In this document: positions 20,496 to 29,311 of the stretch, in pieces
Layout of the letters: each line of letters starts with the position of its first letter
Numbering within the stretch: the stretch's first letter is position 1
NCBI GenBank assembly: GCA_964414595.1
Contig: CAYPXJ010000002.1
Span: 22,328 to 86,327 of the forward strand
DNA from: an uncultured Rickettsiales bacterium
Lineage (GTDB): Bacteria > Pseudomonadota > Alphaproteobacteria > Rickettsiales > CAIJLX01
DNA length: 64,000 nt
Direction of reading: 5' to 3'
The notes under the pieces: generated by a model
Seen by the model: only the letters and a program-made list of their open reading frames with translations
What the model was told of the DNA's origin: nothing
Databases searched by the model: none
Translations under genes and position numbers: made by a program

Positions 20496-23400
20496 ATGCA
20501 GAATGTAGTTAAAATGCCTAAGCCTCAAATCTTCGAGCATGGCGCTGCATTTTTGAAAGATTTGACCCGATATTACATGGATTTTCTGGAAACAGATTTC
20601 CATAAGAGGCCTCTACCTAAAAGATATATAAGGATCAGAGACTCAAAAGGTCATCTTACCGGCATAAATCTTAGAAAATATGAGAATTGCCGTAAAGCTA
20701 TCTGGAGATTTTTTACGGAAGAAGGAACTGAAAACTCTAATTTAGAAATAAGGAGGGGTCAGTACAAATCCCGAATTAAAACCAGTCTAAAGAACTTCAT
20801 CGATAATAATATTGAAGAACTTAAAGAAGACACTCTAAACGAGACAATAACCCAGGCTGTTAAAGACTTTAGGGAACATAAAAAGAAGTACCGTGACGAT
20901 TGGGATAACTTCTATGAAGAAAGCCTCGAAACAATCCGAAATCTTGTTTTAAGAAATATTATAAGACCGCTTTCTGAGGTACTTGAGAAGCCGCTTATTG
21001 AAGAAAAGTCATTAGGCCTGGAAACGATTTTTGAGCTCGAAGACGATCTAATCGATCTGCTTTGTTCAGATATAAATGAAAGTATAGATAAGTCTCTCAT
21101 CCAGTTTTTTACAAAAAACCAAGCAGAAGAAATTACCAAGTATCTCAAAGACCTTCTGCAACGAGACGTACTGGTAGATAAGCTAAAGGCATTTTTTGAA
21201 AATTTCAGCTCCAGTGATCTCTTCTTAGAATTTAATGAAATATTTGAGAACAACCGCTTAAACGATAAGGAAGATATTTACCTCTATTTTTGTGACATCA
21301 ATTTTAGCAAGCGAACATATCCTCTCTTTTATTTTCCCATACAAATTGAAAAGCAGATTGATAAGTTCGTCATGCATTTCGATCCGCATATCCTTATTAA
21401 TAAGAAAGCCATCGAATATATTGTCCAAGAATATAATAAAGAAGCGCAGAAAACAGGTGGAATTAATAGCCTGAAAGATAGAATTCTCTACGCTACATCA
21501 GAGGAAGAAAAGAGAATTTGTGACCACTTGCAGCCTATTGTCTCTGATATTGCCTCTCATTTTTCTTTGTCCGATACATTAAATCTCGAAGATGAAAAGC
21601 CTTCTCAACAAAAGTCACTATACGCAAATATAACGAATGATATTTATTTTTGCCTTTTTGATAGATCGGACGAAGCATTAGTTAATGATTACGAGGAACT
21701 ACTTCAGTTAATTGAAGAAGGTGACAATCCTCTTTCAGAGATTTTTATTAACCTTATAAATGGCTACATCGTTGATGATCCTGTTTCCTATACCAGCGAA
21801 GTCGAAAGCGAATGGGATGCCAGGAATATTTCTGAACGATTGGTTTATGATTCTCCCATTCCTTTAAATGAAGAACAAAAAAAGATTCTAAGCGCACTTC
21901 AAAAAGAAGGATGCAGGTACATAGCTGTGCAAGGCCCTCCAGGGACAGGAAAGAGCCACACAATTACAGCCATAGCCTTTGATGCCATTATACGTAATAA
22001 CTCAGTTCTTATTCTGTCTGACAAGAAGGAGGCGCTTGATGTAGTGGAAGACAAAATCGTTGATACGATTAATAAAGTCCGTATTTCAGATGATTTTCAG
22101 AACCCTATCCTAAGACTCGATAAGCGTAACTTCGGCAAAATTATTACGGCTTCCTCACTTACGAAAATTAAAGACCATTACAAAGCCTCCAAGCAAAAAG
22201 AAGATGAGGTTGAGGCTCTACTCAAGGAAAAACAAGTTTCACTGCAAGAAGCCATCTCCCATACAATTTCTCAATATGAGTCTGTTGATCTCAAAGGAAT
22301 TAAGGAATTCCTCGATCTTGAAACAGCAGTGGGAAAGAAAGTAGATTTAAAAAAGCTAAAAACAACCAAAGACTGGTCGGCCATCTCCTTGGCGCTGACT
22401 AACTTCTTTGTTTGTATTGGGCAGCACCAGAATAACCAAAATTATCTATTCTTGGTCGATACTCTTCTAAAAGAGCATAAAAACTGGTTTGACGAAGGCA
22501 TTTCTACCACCATACAGATTTTTCGACTAGCTGCTGAGATGAATCAGGAGGGTTATGGTGACCAGTTATCGGTTTTGCTGAATATCACAGAGGAAACGGA
22601 AGGTACCTTACAGGATTATATTCATCAGTATAAGTTGCTGACCTCAGGCTTCTTTAAAGGCTTCTTCAGAAAAGCGGAGATAAAACAGTTAGAGATTCAG
22701 CTAAATTCCTCACTTGAACTAAGAAGGTTCGTTACATTCGCAGAAGATTTAAGGCTCTTGGAGAAAGCATATTTCTGTATATCAGAAATAAAATACCGAC
22801 TGCGTGAGATAGGCGAAAATCATTTTCTGGAATTCTGTCGCATTCTCACGCATCCCGACTGCCCGGATATAGCATTGCTTGACCAGCTTTCCCCAATCCA
22901 AGAGTTTATCAAACTGAACGGGAAGTTGCCCAAGCCCTTGCTTAATAAACTGAAAATGGATTTCAGCATTCAGGGGGCAAAAGATAAAGAGGCCATCCTA
23001 AAATCTTTAAATGCCATTAACCTGCTGCGTTCCTATGAAGATGCAGAGCAAAAATACATGCGCCTTTTTGGGGAAATTCCTGATGTAAGTTACTCCGACG
23101 TATGCCATCAAATGGAGAAGTTGCAGACCACTAAAATGGCAAACCTTATTGATAAGAGGGTTATCGATTTTGTAGAGGGCAGCAGATCTACGGCACAAAC
23201 ACTTAAAAAGATCATATCCAAGAAGCAAAAATTTCCACGTGTTGAGTTTGAAAAAATCAAAGAAGCATTTCCGTGTATCATCGCAGGAATACGTGATTAC
23301 GCGGAGTATATTCCTTTAGAAAGGGAATTATTTGACGTCGTAATCATCGACGAAGCTTCTCAGGTAAGTATTGCACAGGCCTTTCCTGCAATTCTTAGAG

Positions 23401-24692
23401 CCAAGAAAATTATTGTGCTGGGGGATAACAAACAGTTCAGTAACGTAAAAACATCGAATGCCAGCAATGTAATAAATCACCGCTACATGAACGATATTAA
23501 GGCAAGCTTCCTTAGCCATATATCCGCCGATGCTGCAAAATTAGAACGGATTCAGCAATTTAATATCAAAACATCCATACTCGAGTTCTTTCAACATATT
23601 GCTAACTATCACGATATGCTGAGAAAGCATTTCCGTGGGTACAGAGAGTTAATTTCTTTCTCCAGCCGATGGTTCTATGACGGAAATCTTCAGGCAATCA
23701 AAATTCGTGGAAAACCCATAGATGAGGTCATAAAATTTACTATCCTTCAACATGATAAGAAACTGGAAGTTTCGGAAAGAGCAAACACAAATCCATTTGA
23801 AGCAGAATTCATAATTAAGGAGCTGGAGAATATTTTAGAGGGTGAAAACCCACCTAGCGTGGGAGTTATTACTCCTTTTACAAATCAGCAAAAGTATATT
23901 GCCACTGAAATATCAAAATCGGATTACGCAGATGACATCTATTCTAAACTTAAACTTAAAGTAATGACGTTTGACACATGCCAGGGCGAAGAGCGGGATA
24001 TTATTTTCTACTCAATGGTTGCCTCTCCTATATCTGACAGGACAAACTATATATTCGCCAGTGACTTAAAACACGACAATGATGATGAGAAAAAAATACG
24101 GTTACAACGCCTGAACGTTGGGTTTAGCCGGGCAAAAGAGTGCATACATTTTATCCTTAGTAAACCTCTTGAAGAATTCAGCGGTTCTATAAGTACTGCC
24201 CTTAAACACTATCAGAAACAGCTGGAAGTGGGGAGAGAACAACCCTCCGAAGCTGATGTTGATCCCTCATCTCCTATGGAGAAGAAAGTGCTGGAGTGGA
24301 TTAAGGATACAAGCTTCTATCAGGCTAATACAGATTACCTTAATCTCCATGCTCAATTTCCGATCGGAGAATATTTAAAACAACTGGATAATGGTTACAA
24401 ACACCCCAGCTATCGTTGTGACTTTCTTCTGCAATATTTAAAGGAGGGAAAGCCACTCAATATCATCATTGAATATGATGGCTTTAAAGAGCACTTTACT
24501 GATTGGGATGATGTCAACGAACTGAATTACCAAAATTATTATAAAGCTGCCGATGTAGAGAGAGAAAAAATACTGGAAAGCTACGGCTATAAGTTTATCC
24601 GAATCAATCGTTTCAACCTTGGTGATGATCCCGTAGTTACACTTTCAAAACGATTAGAAAATCTCGTAAAAAAAAAACTCAATAACACTTGA
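20496..24692 (+). CDS. large SF1 (Upf1/DNA2-like) helicase fused to a C-terminal Vsr/DUF559-like restriction-endonuclease-fold domain
   Basis: Walker A VQGPPGTGKSHTI, motif II VVIIDEASQV, TFDTCQGEERDIIFYS, RLNVGFSRAKE. C-terminus YRCDFLLQ..IIIEYDGFKEHF..ADVEREKILESYGYKFIRINRF. About 470 aa of the N-terminus are unassigned. Confidence 0.85.
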   Translation: MQNVVKMPKPQIFEHGAAFLKDLTRYYMDFLETDFHKRPLPKRYIRIRDSKGHLTGINLRKYENCRKAIWRFFTEEGTENSNLEIRRGQYKSRIKTSLKNFIDNNIEELKEDTLNETITQAVKDFREHKKKYRDDWDNFYEESLETIRNLVLRNIIRPLSEVLEKPLIEEKSLGLETIFELEDDLIDLLCSDINESIDKSLIQFFTKNQAEEITKYLKDLLQRDVLVDKLKAFFENFSSSDLFLEFNEIFENNRLNDKEDIYLYFCDINFSKRTYPLFYFPIQIEKQIDKFVMHFDPHILINKKAIEYIVQEYNKEAQKTGGINSLKDRILYATSEEEKRICDHLQPIVSDIASHFSLSDTLNLEDEKPSQQKSLYANITNDIYFCLFDRSDEALVNDYEELLQLIEEGDNPLSEIFINLINGYIVDDPVSYTSEVESEWDARNISERLVYDSPIPLNEEQKKILSALQKEGCRYIAVQGPPGTGKSHTITAIAFDAIIRNNSVLILSDKKEALDVVEDKIVDTINKVRISDDFQNPILRLDKRNFGKIITASSLTKIKDHYKASKQKEDEVEALLKEKQVSLQEAISHTISQYESVDLKGIKEFLDLETAVGKKVDLKKLKTTKDWSAISLALTNFFVCIGQHQNNQNYLFLVDTLLKEHKNWFDEGISTTIQIFRLAAEMNQEGYGDQLSVLLNITEETEGTLQDYIHQYKLLTSGFFKGFFRKAEIKQLEIQLNSSLELRRFVTFAEDLRLLEKAYFCISEIKYRLREIGENHFLEFCRILTHPDCPDIALLDQLSPIQEFIKLNGKLPKPLLNKLKMDFSIQGAKDKEAILKSLNAINLLRSYEDAEQKYMRLFGEIPDVSYSDVCHQMEKLQTTKMANLIDKRVIDFVEGSRSTAQTLKKIISKKQKFPRVEFEKIKEAFPCIIAGIRDYAEYIPLERELFDVVIIDEASQVSIAQAFPAILRAKKIIVLGDNKQFSNVKTSNASNVINHRYMNDIKASFLSHISADAAKLERIQQFNIKTSILEFFQHIANYHDMLRKHFRGYRELISFSSRWFYDGNLQAIKIRGKPIDEVIKFTILQHDKKLEVSERANTNPFEAEFIIKELENILEGENPPSVGVITPFTNQQKYIATEISKSDYADDIYSKLKLKVMTFDTCQGEERDIIFYSMVASPISDRTNYIFASDLKHDNDDEKKIRLQRLNVGFSRAKECIHFILSKPLEEFSGSISTALKHYQKQLEVGREQPSEADVDPSSPMEKKVLEWIKDTSFYQANTDYLNLHAQFPIGEYLKQLDNGYKHPSYRCDFLLQYLKEGKPLNIIIEYDGFKEHFTDWDDVNELNYQNYYKAADVEREKILESYGYKFIRINRFNLGDDPVVTLSKRLENLVKKKLNNT

Positions 24693-24726
24693 GCTTACAG
24701 AAGACATTGTTGAAAAGGCCAGAAAA

Positions 24727-25020
24727 TTGGGTGCTGGCGAAGCTAAAGAGTGCCCAATATGTGAAGAAGTAAAACCCCTCTCTGAATTCAAAGATAGCCG
24801 TTTAAAGAGCGGCATAGGCAGAAACTGTAAATCGTGTAAAACAGGCGGGCATAAAACGACCCGTAGCAATCACTACATGACACCTGAATTAGCTGAACTC
24901 CAGTCACCTAATTGCCCTTTATGTAATAAGAAAATGAAAATTAGGTTCCGCAGACGCGACGGTAATCCCTTCTGGGGTTGTCCTGGTTTCCCTTACTGCA
25001 AGGGTACGAAAGAAATATAA
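24727..25020 (+). CDS. double zinc-ribbon protein with a topoisomerase-type C4 finger (may be a frameshifted C-terminal extension of the helicase)
   Basis: CPICx17CKSC and CPLCx18FWGCPGFPYCKGT. There is no ATG start (TTG at 24727). The frame is open back into the A10 run at 24668-24677. Confidence 0.55.
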   Translation: MGAGEAKECPICEEVKPLSEFKDSRLKSGIGRNCKSCKTGGHKTTRSNHYMTPELAELQSPNCPLCNKKMKIRFRRRDGNPFWGCPGFPYCKGTKEI

Positions 25021-26088
25021 TTACGCGCAAACTTTTGCCAGTGCTTTTACGGCACGCTGGAAGTGATCGCCTTTATCAGTCTTTGATAGACTAATACGCT
25101 CATTAAGTCCGGTTTTGCTGGATAATTCTATATATCCATATTCCGCTATTGGAATTTCAGGATTATCACTAAATCTCCGATCGGGTCCGCCACCTTTATT
25201 CACGTATTTCCATGTTCTACCAACTATATTTGCATCACTAGGCACGCCGTCTTGCTCAATAAAATTGCTTGAGTAAATATTAAAATCCAAATCTCTGTAA
25301 GAAACTGCTCCAACAGCGTTATTTTCAAAGACCAATAGTCTGTCAGGAAAGAAAAAAAGTGTTTGTCTTCCCGCGCCAATCGCAGGGGTAAGAATATTTG
25401 TTTTGACGAAAGGTGCTTGTCTCTTAGCTATAAAGGTAGTTTTACGTTCTATTAAATTATCGGCACCCGCATGATATTTTTTATCATACACTCTGCCCTG
25501 CGCCTCGATATGCCAAACCTTCTTACAGGATGCCATTTCATCGATGGCATGGTGAAGCGCCTCATATAAGGGCTCTATATCGCCCTCTAATTCGTAGAAT
25601 AACACCACCGTTTTCCGCATCTGATCGTAATAATATGCTGCTAACGTCACTATAGCAGTCACAATAATTCCAATTAAATGCCAGGCAGACAACCAAGTGA
25701 GTACAAGTCCGACGGTAAGAGCTACAGGCCATATCCTCCATTTTTTACGTTTTGCATTCAACTCATTAAGTAATTCTGATGAGTCTGAATCCGTCATAGC
25801 AAAAACGGTTGTGCTTTCAATTTCTTCTAAAGGCGCATGTGTAGCATTGTCAGCTTCCTGAGATTTATACGGCAGCGGCTCAGATTTTGAATGTCTTGTT
25901 TTGTTGTCGGCAATCGGGGATAAGGTTTTTCGATAGTAAATCCCACCTCTGCCCATATGAACATAATTGCCACGAGGCCCCATACCAACCCGGAACCCCT
26001 TAATGCCTGCAGATACGCCGACCCCTGACTTTGAAAGATTAAACCTTAGAGGGCCTACAGTAATGCTTTTTCTTAAATAAAACCCCAT
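25021..26088 (-). CDS. DUF4236-domain membrane protein
   Basis: N-terminus MGFYLRKSITVGPLRFNLSKSGVGVSAGIKGFRVG (DUF4236 signature as I recall it). Two TM helices (WRIWPVALTVGLVLTWLSAWHLIGIIVTAIVTLAAYYY). About 190-aa C-terminal domain with FFFPDRLLVF...GGGPDRRF. Confidence 0.7.
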   Translation of the reverse strand: MGFYLRKSITVGPLRFNLSKSGVGVSAGIKGFRVGMGPRGNYVHMGRGGIYYRKTLSPIADNKTRHSKSEPLPYKSQEADNATHAPLEEIESTTVFAMTDSDSSELLNELNAKRKKWRIWPVALTVGLVLTWLSAWHLIGIIVTAIVTLAAYYYDQMRKTVVLFYELEGDIEPLYEALHHAIDEMASCKKVWHIEAQGRVYDKKYHAGADNLIERKTTFIAKRQAPFVKTNILTPAIGAGRQTLFFFPDRLLVFENNAVGAVSYRDLDFNIYSSNFIEQDGVPSDANIVGRTWKYVNKGGGPDRRFSDNPEIPIAEYGYIELSSKTGLNERISLSKTDKGDHFQRAVKALAKVCA

Positions 26089-26109
26089 ATAAGAAGTGAA
26101 ATTAAATTC

Positions 26110-26253
26110 TTATTTTTTCTTAGGTGGCGGCGGTTTTATATCTGATGTAGGCGTTACCTTGCCAGACTGTGGCATAGGTTTCTGAGTGGTGCTAGTTAAT
26201 GTGGCATACCCTTTATGCTGGAAAGCAGGAGCAAGAGAATCTTTTTCTGACAT
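26110..26253 (-). CDS. possible small Pro/Lys-rich protein (47 aa), not in the ORF track
   Basis: The ATG immediately follows the TAA of the upstream gene (TAAATG). The tail GKVTPTSDIKPPPPKKK echoes the upstream protein tail GLVTPSSALKPPAPTQKSK. Low-complexity, so uncertain. Confidence 0.3.
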   Translation of the reverse strand: MSEKDSLAPAFQHKGYATLTSTTQKPMPQSGKVTPTSDIKPPPPKKK

Positions 26254-26790
26254 TTATTTACTTTTCTGCGTAGGCGCGGGAGGTTTTAGTGCGCTACTGG
26301 GTGTGACCAATCCTTTTATGGTATCTTGCTTGCTTGAAGCAGCTGGCGGCGGCGCTTTCGTTTCTTCTTGTCGAGAATTTGAGTTATTCATACTTACCGA
26401 GAAAGTTAGAGTAGCATAAGTCAAAAAGACAATAATACCAAAACAGATTAGAAACAAGCTTACACAGTTGAACACCGTCGTGCAGCTATTCCAACGCATT
26501 GTTTGTTTATACATTTCGTTCGTTCTCTTTGTGGGCTTAGTATTCCTATAATTATACGCTAAATGATTATGTCTCTCAGAAGTCCCATGTGAAAGTAGTA
26601 CAGAAACAATAGCCAAACCAAAACACCACCACGATGCGACTAAAAGTTCATAATAAGCAGCTACAGATATTCCAATAATGTTAACAAAATAAACTGAAAA
26701 GCCTAATGCAGTAGTAGAAAGTACCAGAAGCTCTTTATCTAGTGTTTTCCTAGATTCATCAAGATTTTGATAAAATTTATCTTTACCCAT
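26254..26790 (-). CDS. hypothetical integral membrane protein
   Basis: 178 aa with 3-4 hydrophobic segments and a Pro-rich C-terminal tail. AT-rich and co-oriented with the DUF4236 gene. Confidence 0.55.
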   Translation of the reverse strand: MGKDKFYQNLDESRKTLDKELLVLSTTALGFSVYFVNIIGISVAAYYELLVASWWCFGLAIVSVLLSHGTSERHNHLAYNYRNTKPTKRTNEMYKQTMRWNSCTTVFNCVSLFLICFGIIVFLTYATLTFSVSMNNSNSRQEETKAPPPAASSKQDTIKGLVTPSSALKPPAPTQKSK

Positions 26791-26853
26791 TTTCTGCTTT
26801 GCTATCTATTCCGGGTATCCTCTAGCCTTCTTTATACAAAATTCTGCAATTAA

Positions 26854-27243
26854 CTACAATGTCTCCTGATACTTCTCCGTCAGGCTGTCTGCTATTGCGC
26901 GGACAATACCGCATACCCGGTTTCGCACGGCGCGTGAACGGATACGGTGGAAATGCGCAATCAACATATCGACACCGTGCGGGTTCCATAATTTTTCCTT
27001 AGCCAGGCGGGTTTCTTCTAGCACATCTTCGCATAGCTCATCCACGGAACATTTATAGAAAGCCGCAAGCTCAATCAGTCGTGCGGCGGTGATATTATTT
27101 GCCCCGCTTTCGTATTTTTGCAGCTGCTGGAAGCTGATTTGAAGATGTCCAGCGACGGTTTTCTGTGAAAGACCTGCCAGCATTCGCCGGTGGCGAACGT
27201 TTTTACCGATACGTGCATTGAGGGCAGAGAGGCGATCTTTCAT
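26854..27243 (-). CDS. XRE-family HTH transcriptional regulator (paralogue of 44207-44581)
   Basis: HTH core LAGLSQKTVAGHLQISFQQLQKYESGANNITAARL. About 40% identical by eye to the regulator at 44207-44581. GC is backbone-like, unlike its neighbours. Confidence 0.8.
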   Translation of the reverse strand: MKDRLSALNARIGKNVRHRRMLAGLSQKTVAGHLQISFQQLQKYESGANNITAARLIELAAFYKCSVDELCEDVLEETRLAKEKLWNPHGVDMLIAHFHRIRSRAVRNRVCGIVRAIADSLTEKYQETL

Positions 27244-27281
27244 ATACCGAATAGAACAATCGTATCTTTATATAGATTTCA

Positions 27282-27298
27282 TATCGTGCAATACGATA
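27282..27298. promoter_or_regulatory. candidate operator palindrome TATCGT-N5-ACGATA in a divergent promoter region
   Basis: Lies in the 133-bp gap between the divergent HTH genes (27243 / 27377). Related ATCGT/ATCGC half-sites are nearby. Confidence 0.35.
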
Positions 27299-27376
27299 CC
27301 ATATATCGCTACGGGAGTTAAGAAAATTCATTACCTGATAATTTTGGGACGATCCAATCCCAATGAAGGTAATGGT

Positions 27377-27643
27377 ATGAAAAAGAAAAAAGCGAGCGAA
27401 GCAACAAATCTTTGCGGCAAACGCATCAAGATTGCACGAATTTCTAAAGATATGAAACAAATCGACGTAGCGTCTGCGATGAATGTGGAATACGGCATCG
27501 ACATTACGCAGAATGGAATCTCTTATATTGAACGCAACCGCCGCTTTGTTAAAGATTACGAGCTGGTAGCGCTGGCGAAAATACTTGGGGTTAGTCCCCT
27601 CTGGCTGTTATTCGGCGATAAAATTCCGGCGGAATATAAATGA
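27377..27643 (+). CDS. XRE-family HTH protein (88 aa), first gene of a three-gene cassette
   Basis: I prefer the start at MKKKKASE (ATG 27377, GAAGG upstream) over the track start 27218. HTH MKQIDVASAMNVEYGIDITQNGISYIERN. The stop overlaps the next start (ATGA). Confidence 0.75.
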   Translation: MKKKKASEATNLCGKRIKIARISKDMKQIDVASAMNVEYGIDITQNGISYIERNRRFVKDYELVALAKILGVSPLWLLFGDKIPAEYK

Positions 27644-28158
27644 GAACAAGAATGAACTACTCTGATACTTCTACTTTGGAGCTTCTGAAAAGCTATGACG
27701 CAATACTCGAAGAATTGCGCAAAAGGAAAGTTGTACGCAATTCAAATCCGCCAGCAGGAGGGTATGCAGAACACTTGGCCGCCAAGGCACTCCAACTCAC
27801 TCTCGAAAACAATTCTAACGCAGGGTATGACGCAACCGACAAGAATAATTTTCGTTACGAAATAAAGGGTCGCCGTATAACTCAGCACAACCCGTCAAGG
27901 CAATTAAGTGCAATAAGAAACATTAAAAACGCTCACTTTGATTTTTTAATCGGCATTTTATTTGCGGCGGATTTTGCTGTTTTAAAGGCCGCGCAGATCC
28001 CGCACGCTGTGGTAGCCGAGAAATGTAGATTCTCAGGCCACACGAACTCCTCTATCTTTATTTTGAACGATTCAATCTGGCAATGTGATGGGGTAAAAGA
28101 TTTAACAACCACGCTTCAGGAAGCGCAATTACTCAACGATAAAATTCTAGCAAAGTAA
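27640..28158 (+). CDS. hypothetical protein with a PD-(D/E)xK-like nuclease motif pattern
   Basis: 172 aa. E44 (GYAEHL), D64 (GYDATD), E74-I-K76 (RYEIKGRR). Its TAA abuts the next ATG. Confidence 0.55.
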   Translation: MRTRMNYSDTSTLELLKSYDAILEELRKRKVVRNSNPPAGGYAEHLAAKALQLTLENNSNAGYDATDKNNFRYEIKGRRITQHNPSRQLSAIRNIKNAHFDFLIGILFAADFAVLKAAQIPHAVVAEKCRFSGHTNSSIFILNDSIWQCDGVKDLTTTLQEAQLLNDKILAK

Positions 28159-29241
28159 ATGGGTGGAACACTGAAGCTTTACGGAATCAATAGGATATTT
28201 ATCTTAGGTGCCGGTTTCTCCGCCCCTCTAGGCATGCCTTTAACAAGTGAGCTATTAGGATTAGTTTATAAAATAGCTGTAAAAAGTCCTTGGTACGATG
28301 AACACAGTAAATCTGTTCCTCATGGAATGGGTGCTTGGCTGGTTGAAGAGCTTGAGTGGTATTTTCCATTGGAAGACTTCTCTCATCAAAAACTCCAAAA
28401 GGGAAATTTTCCTGAGAATGTAGATGTTGAAAAATTTTTATCCTACGCATATGCAACATCCGCTTTTGGGGAGCAGTGGGATGAACAAGGTGATAAGTTC
28501 ACGTGCTTCCTCAGAAAATTTATGGGCGAGGCAATATATAATAGACAAGTAGAGTGCTTCCAAAACGGAATACCGCCTGTTTACCAGAGTTTTATAAATA
28601 GTCTGCAAGGTTCTCTGATAATGACTTTCAATTGGGATACAGTTGTTGAGAATCTTCTGAATCAAGATCAGAAGCAATACTCATACGACTTTCCAGCCAC
28701 GTATAAAACGCAACTTATTCCAATTATCAAACTGCATGGATCGATAGATTGGTTTTCCAATTTGCAATACAAGAAGCAAGATTGGATGAAATTTGTTCCG
28801 GTTTACCGGCCGACCACCGGCATTGAAGATGGAGAAATCAAATATGGCGATCCCGTTTTGTTTAAGGCTCAAGGAAATCTTCTAGATTATTATAAAGCCT
28901 ATATGAGCCCTCGGTTAATAGCGCCCGGTTATGACAAACTCAGCCAAGTCACTGCGTTAGGAGATTATTGGAAATACCCTTGGATGTTATTGCAGGATAA
29001 TCTTGAGGTAATCGTTATTGGCTTCAGTATGCGCCCGGACGATTATCACAGTCGTGCTTTTATTTATCCTCAGTTGGTAGATGGTTCAAGAAATAAGCGC
29101 TTAAAGGTAAAGGTTATTGATCATGCTACTGATGACAGAAAAAGAGAAGAGGTTCGGGCAAGGTTTGAAGGTGTTGATAATATTGAATTTTGGTTTGACG
29201 GCTTCAATGAGGGGGCAATCAATTTCATAAATTCAAAATAA
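28159..29241 (+). CDS. SIR2-like (SIR2_2 / AbiH-like) putative NADase effector
   Basis: IFILGAGFSAPLGMPL (aa 13-28), IMTFNWDTVVENLL (N158), IIKLHGSIDW (H193). The N-to-H spacing of 35 aa is close to that in defence SIR2 proteins. 360 aa. Confidence 0.7.
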   Translation: MGGTLKLYGINRIFILGAGFSAPLGMPLTSELLGLVYKIAVKSPWYDEHSKSVPHGMGAWLVEELEWYFPLEDFSHQKLQKGNFPENVDVEKFLSYAYATSAFGEQWDEQGDKFTCFLRKFMGEAIYNRQVECFQNGIPPVYQSFINSLQGSLIMTFNWDTVVENLLNQDQKQYSYDFPATYKTQLIPIIKLHGSIDWFSNLQYKKQDWMKFVPVYRPTTGIEDGEIKYGDPVLFKAQGNLLDYYKAYMSPRLIAPGYDKLSQVTALGDYWKYPWMLLQDNLEVIVIGFSMRPDDYHSRAFIYPQLVDGSRNKRLKVKVIDHATDDRKREEVRARFEGVDNIEFWFDGFNEGAINFINSK

Positions 29242-29311
29242 TTTAAGTTGCATATATTTTATATCGCTCTATTTATGGTTGAGAGTATTTTTTACCTTTT
29301 GCCTATGTAGA

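Noticed and set aside
25018-25023. Convergent genes abutting with zero spacer, forming palindromic stop pairs (TAATTA here, TAGCTA at 46023-46028)
   Set aside because: I considered this as a recombination or insertion signature. Two 6-nt palindromes made of stop codons are easily coincidental, and no flanking repeats support it.
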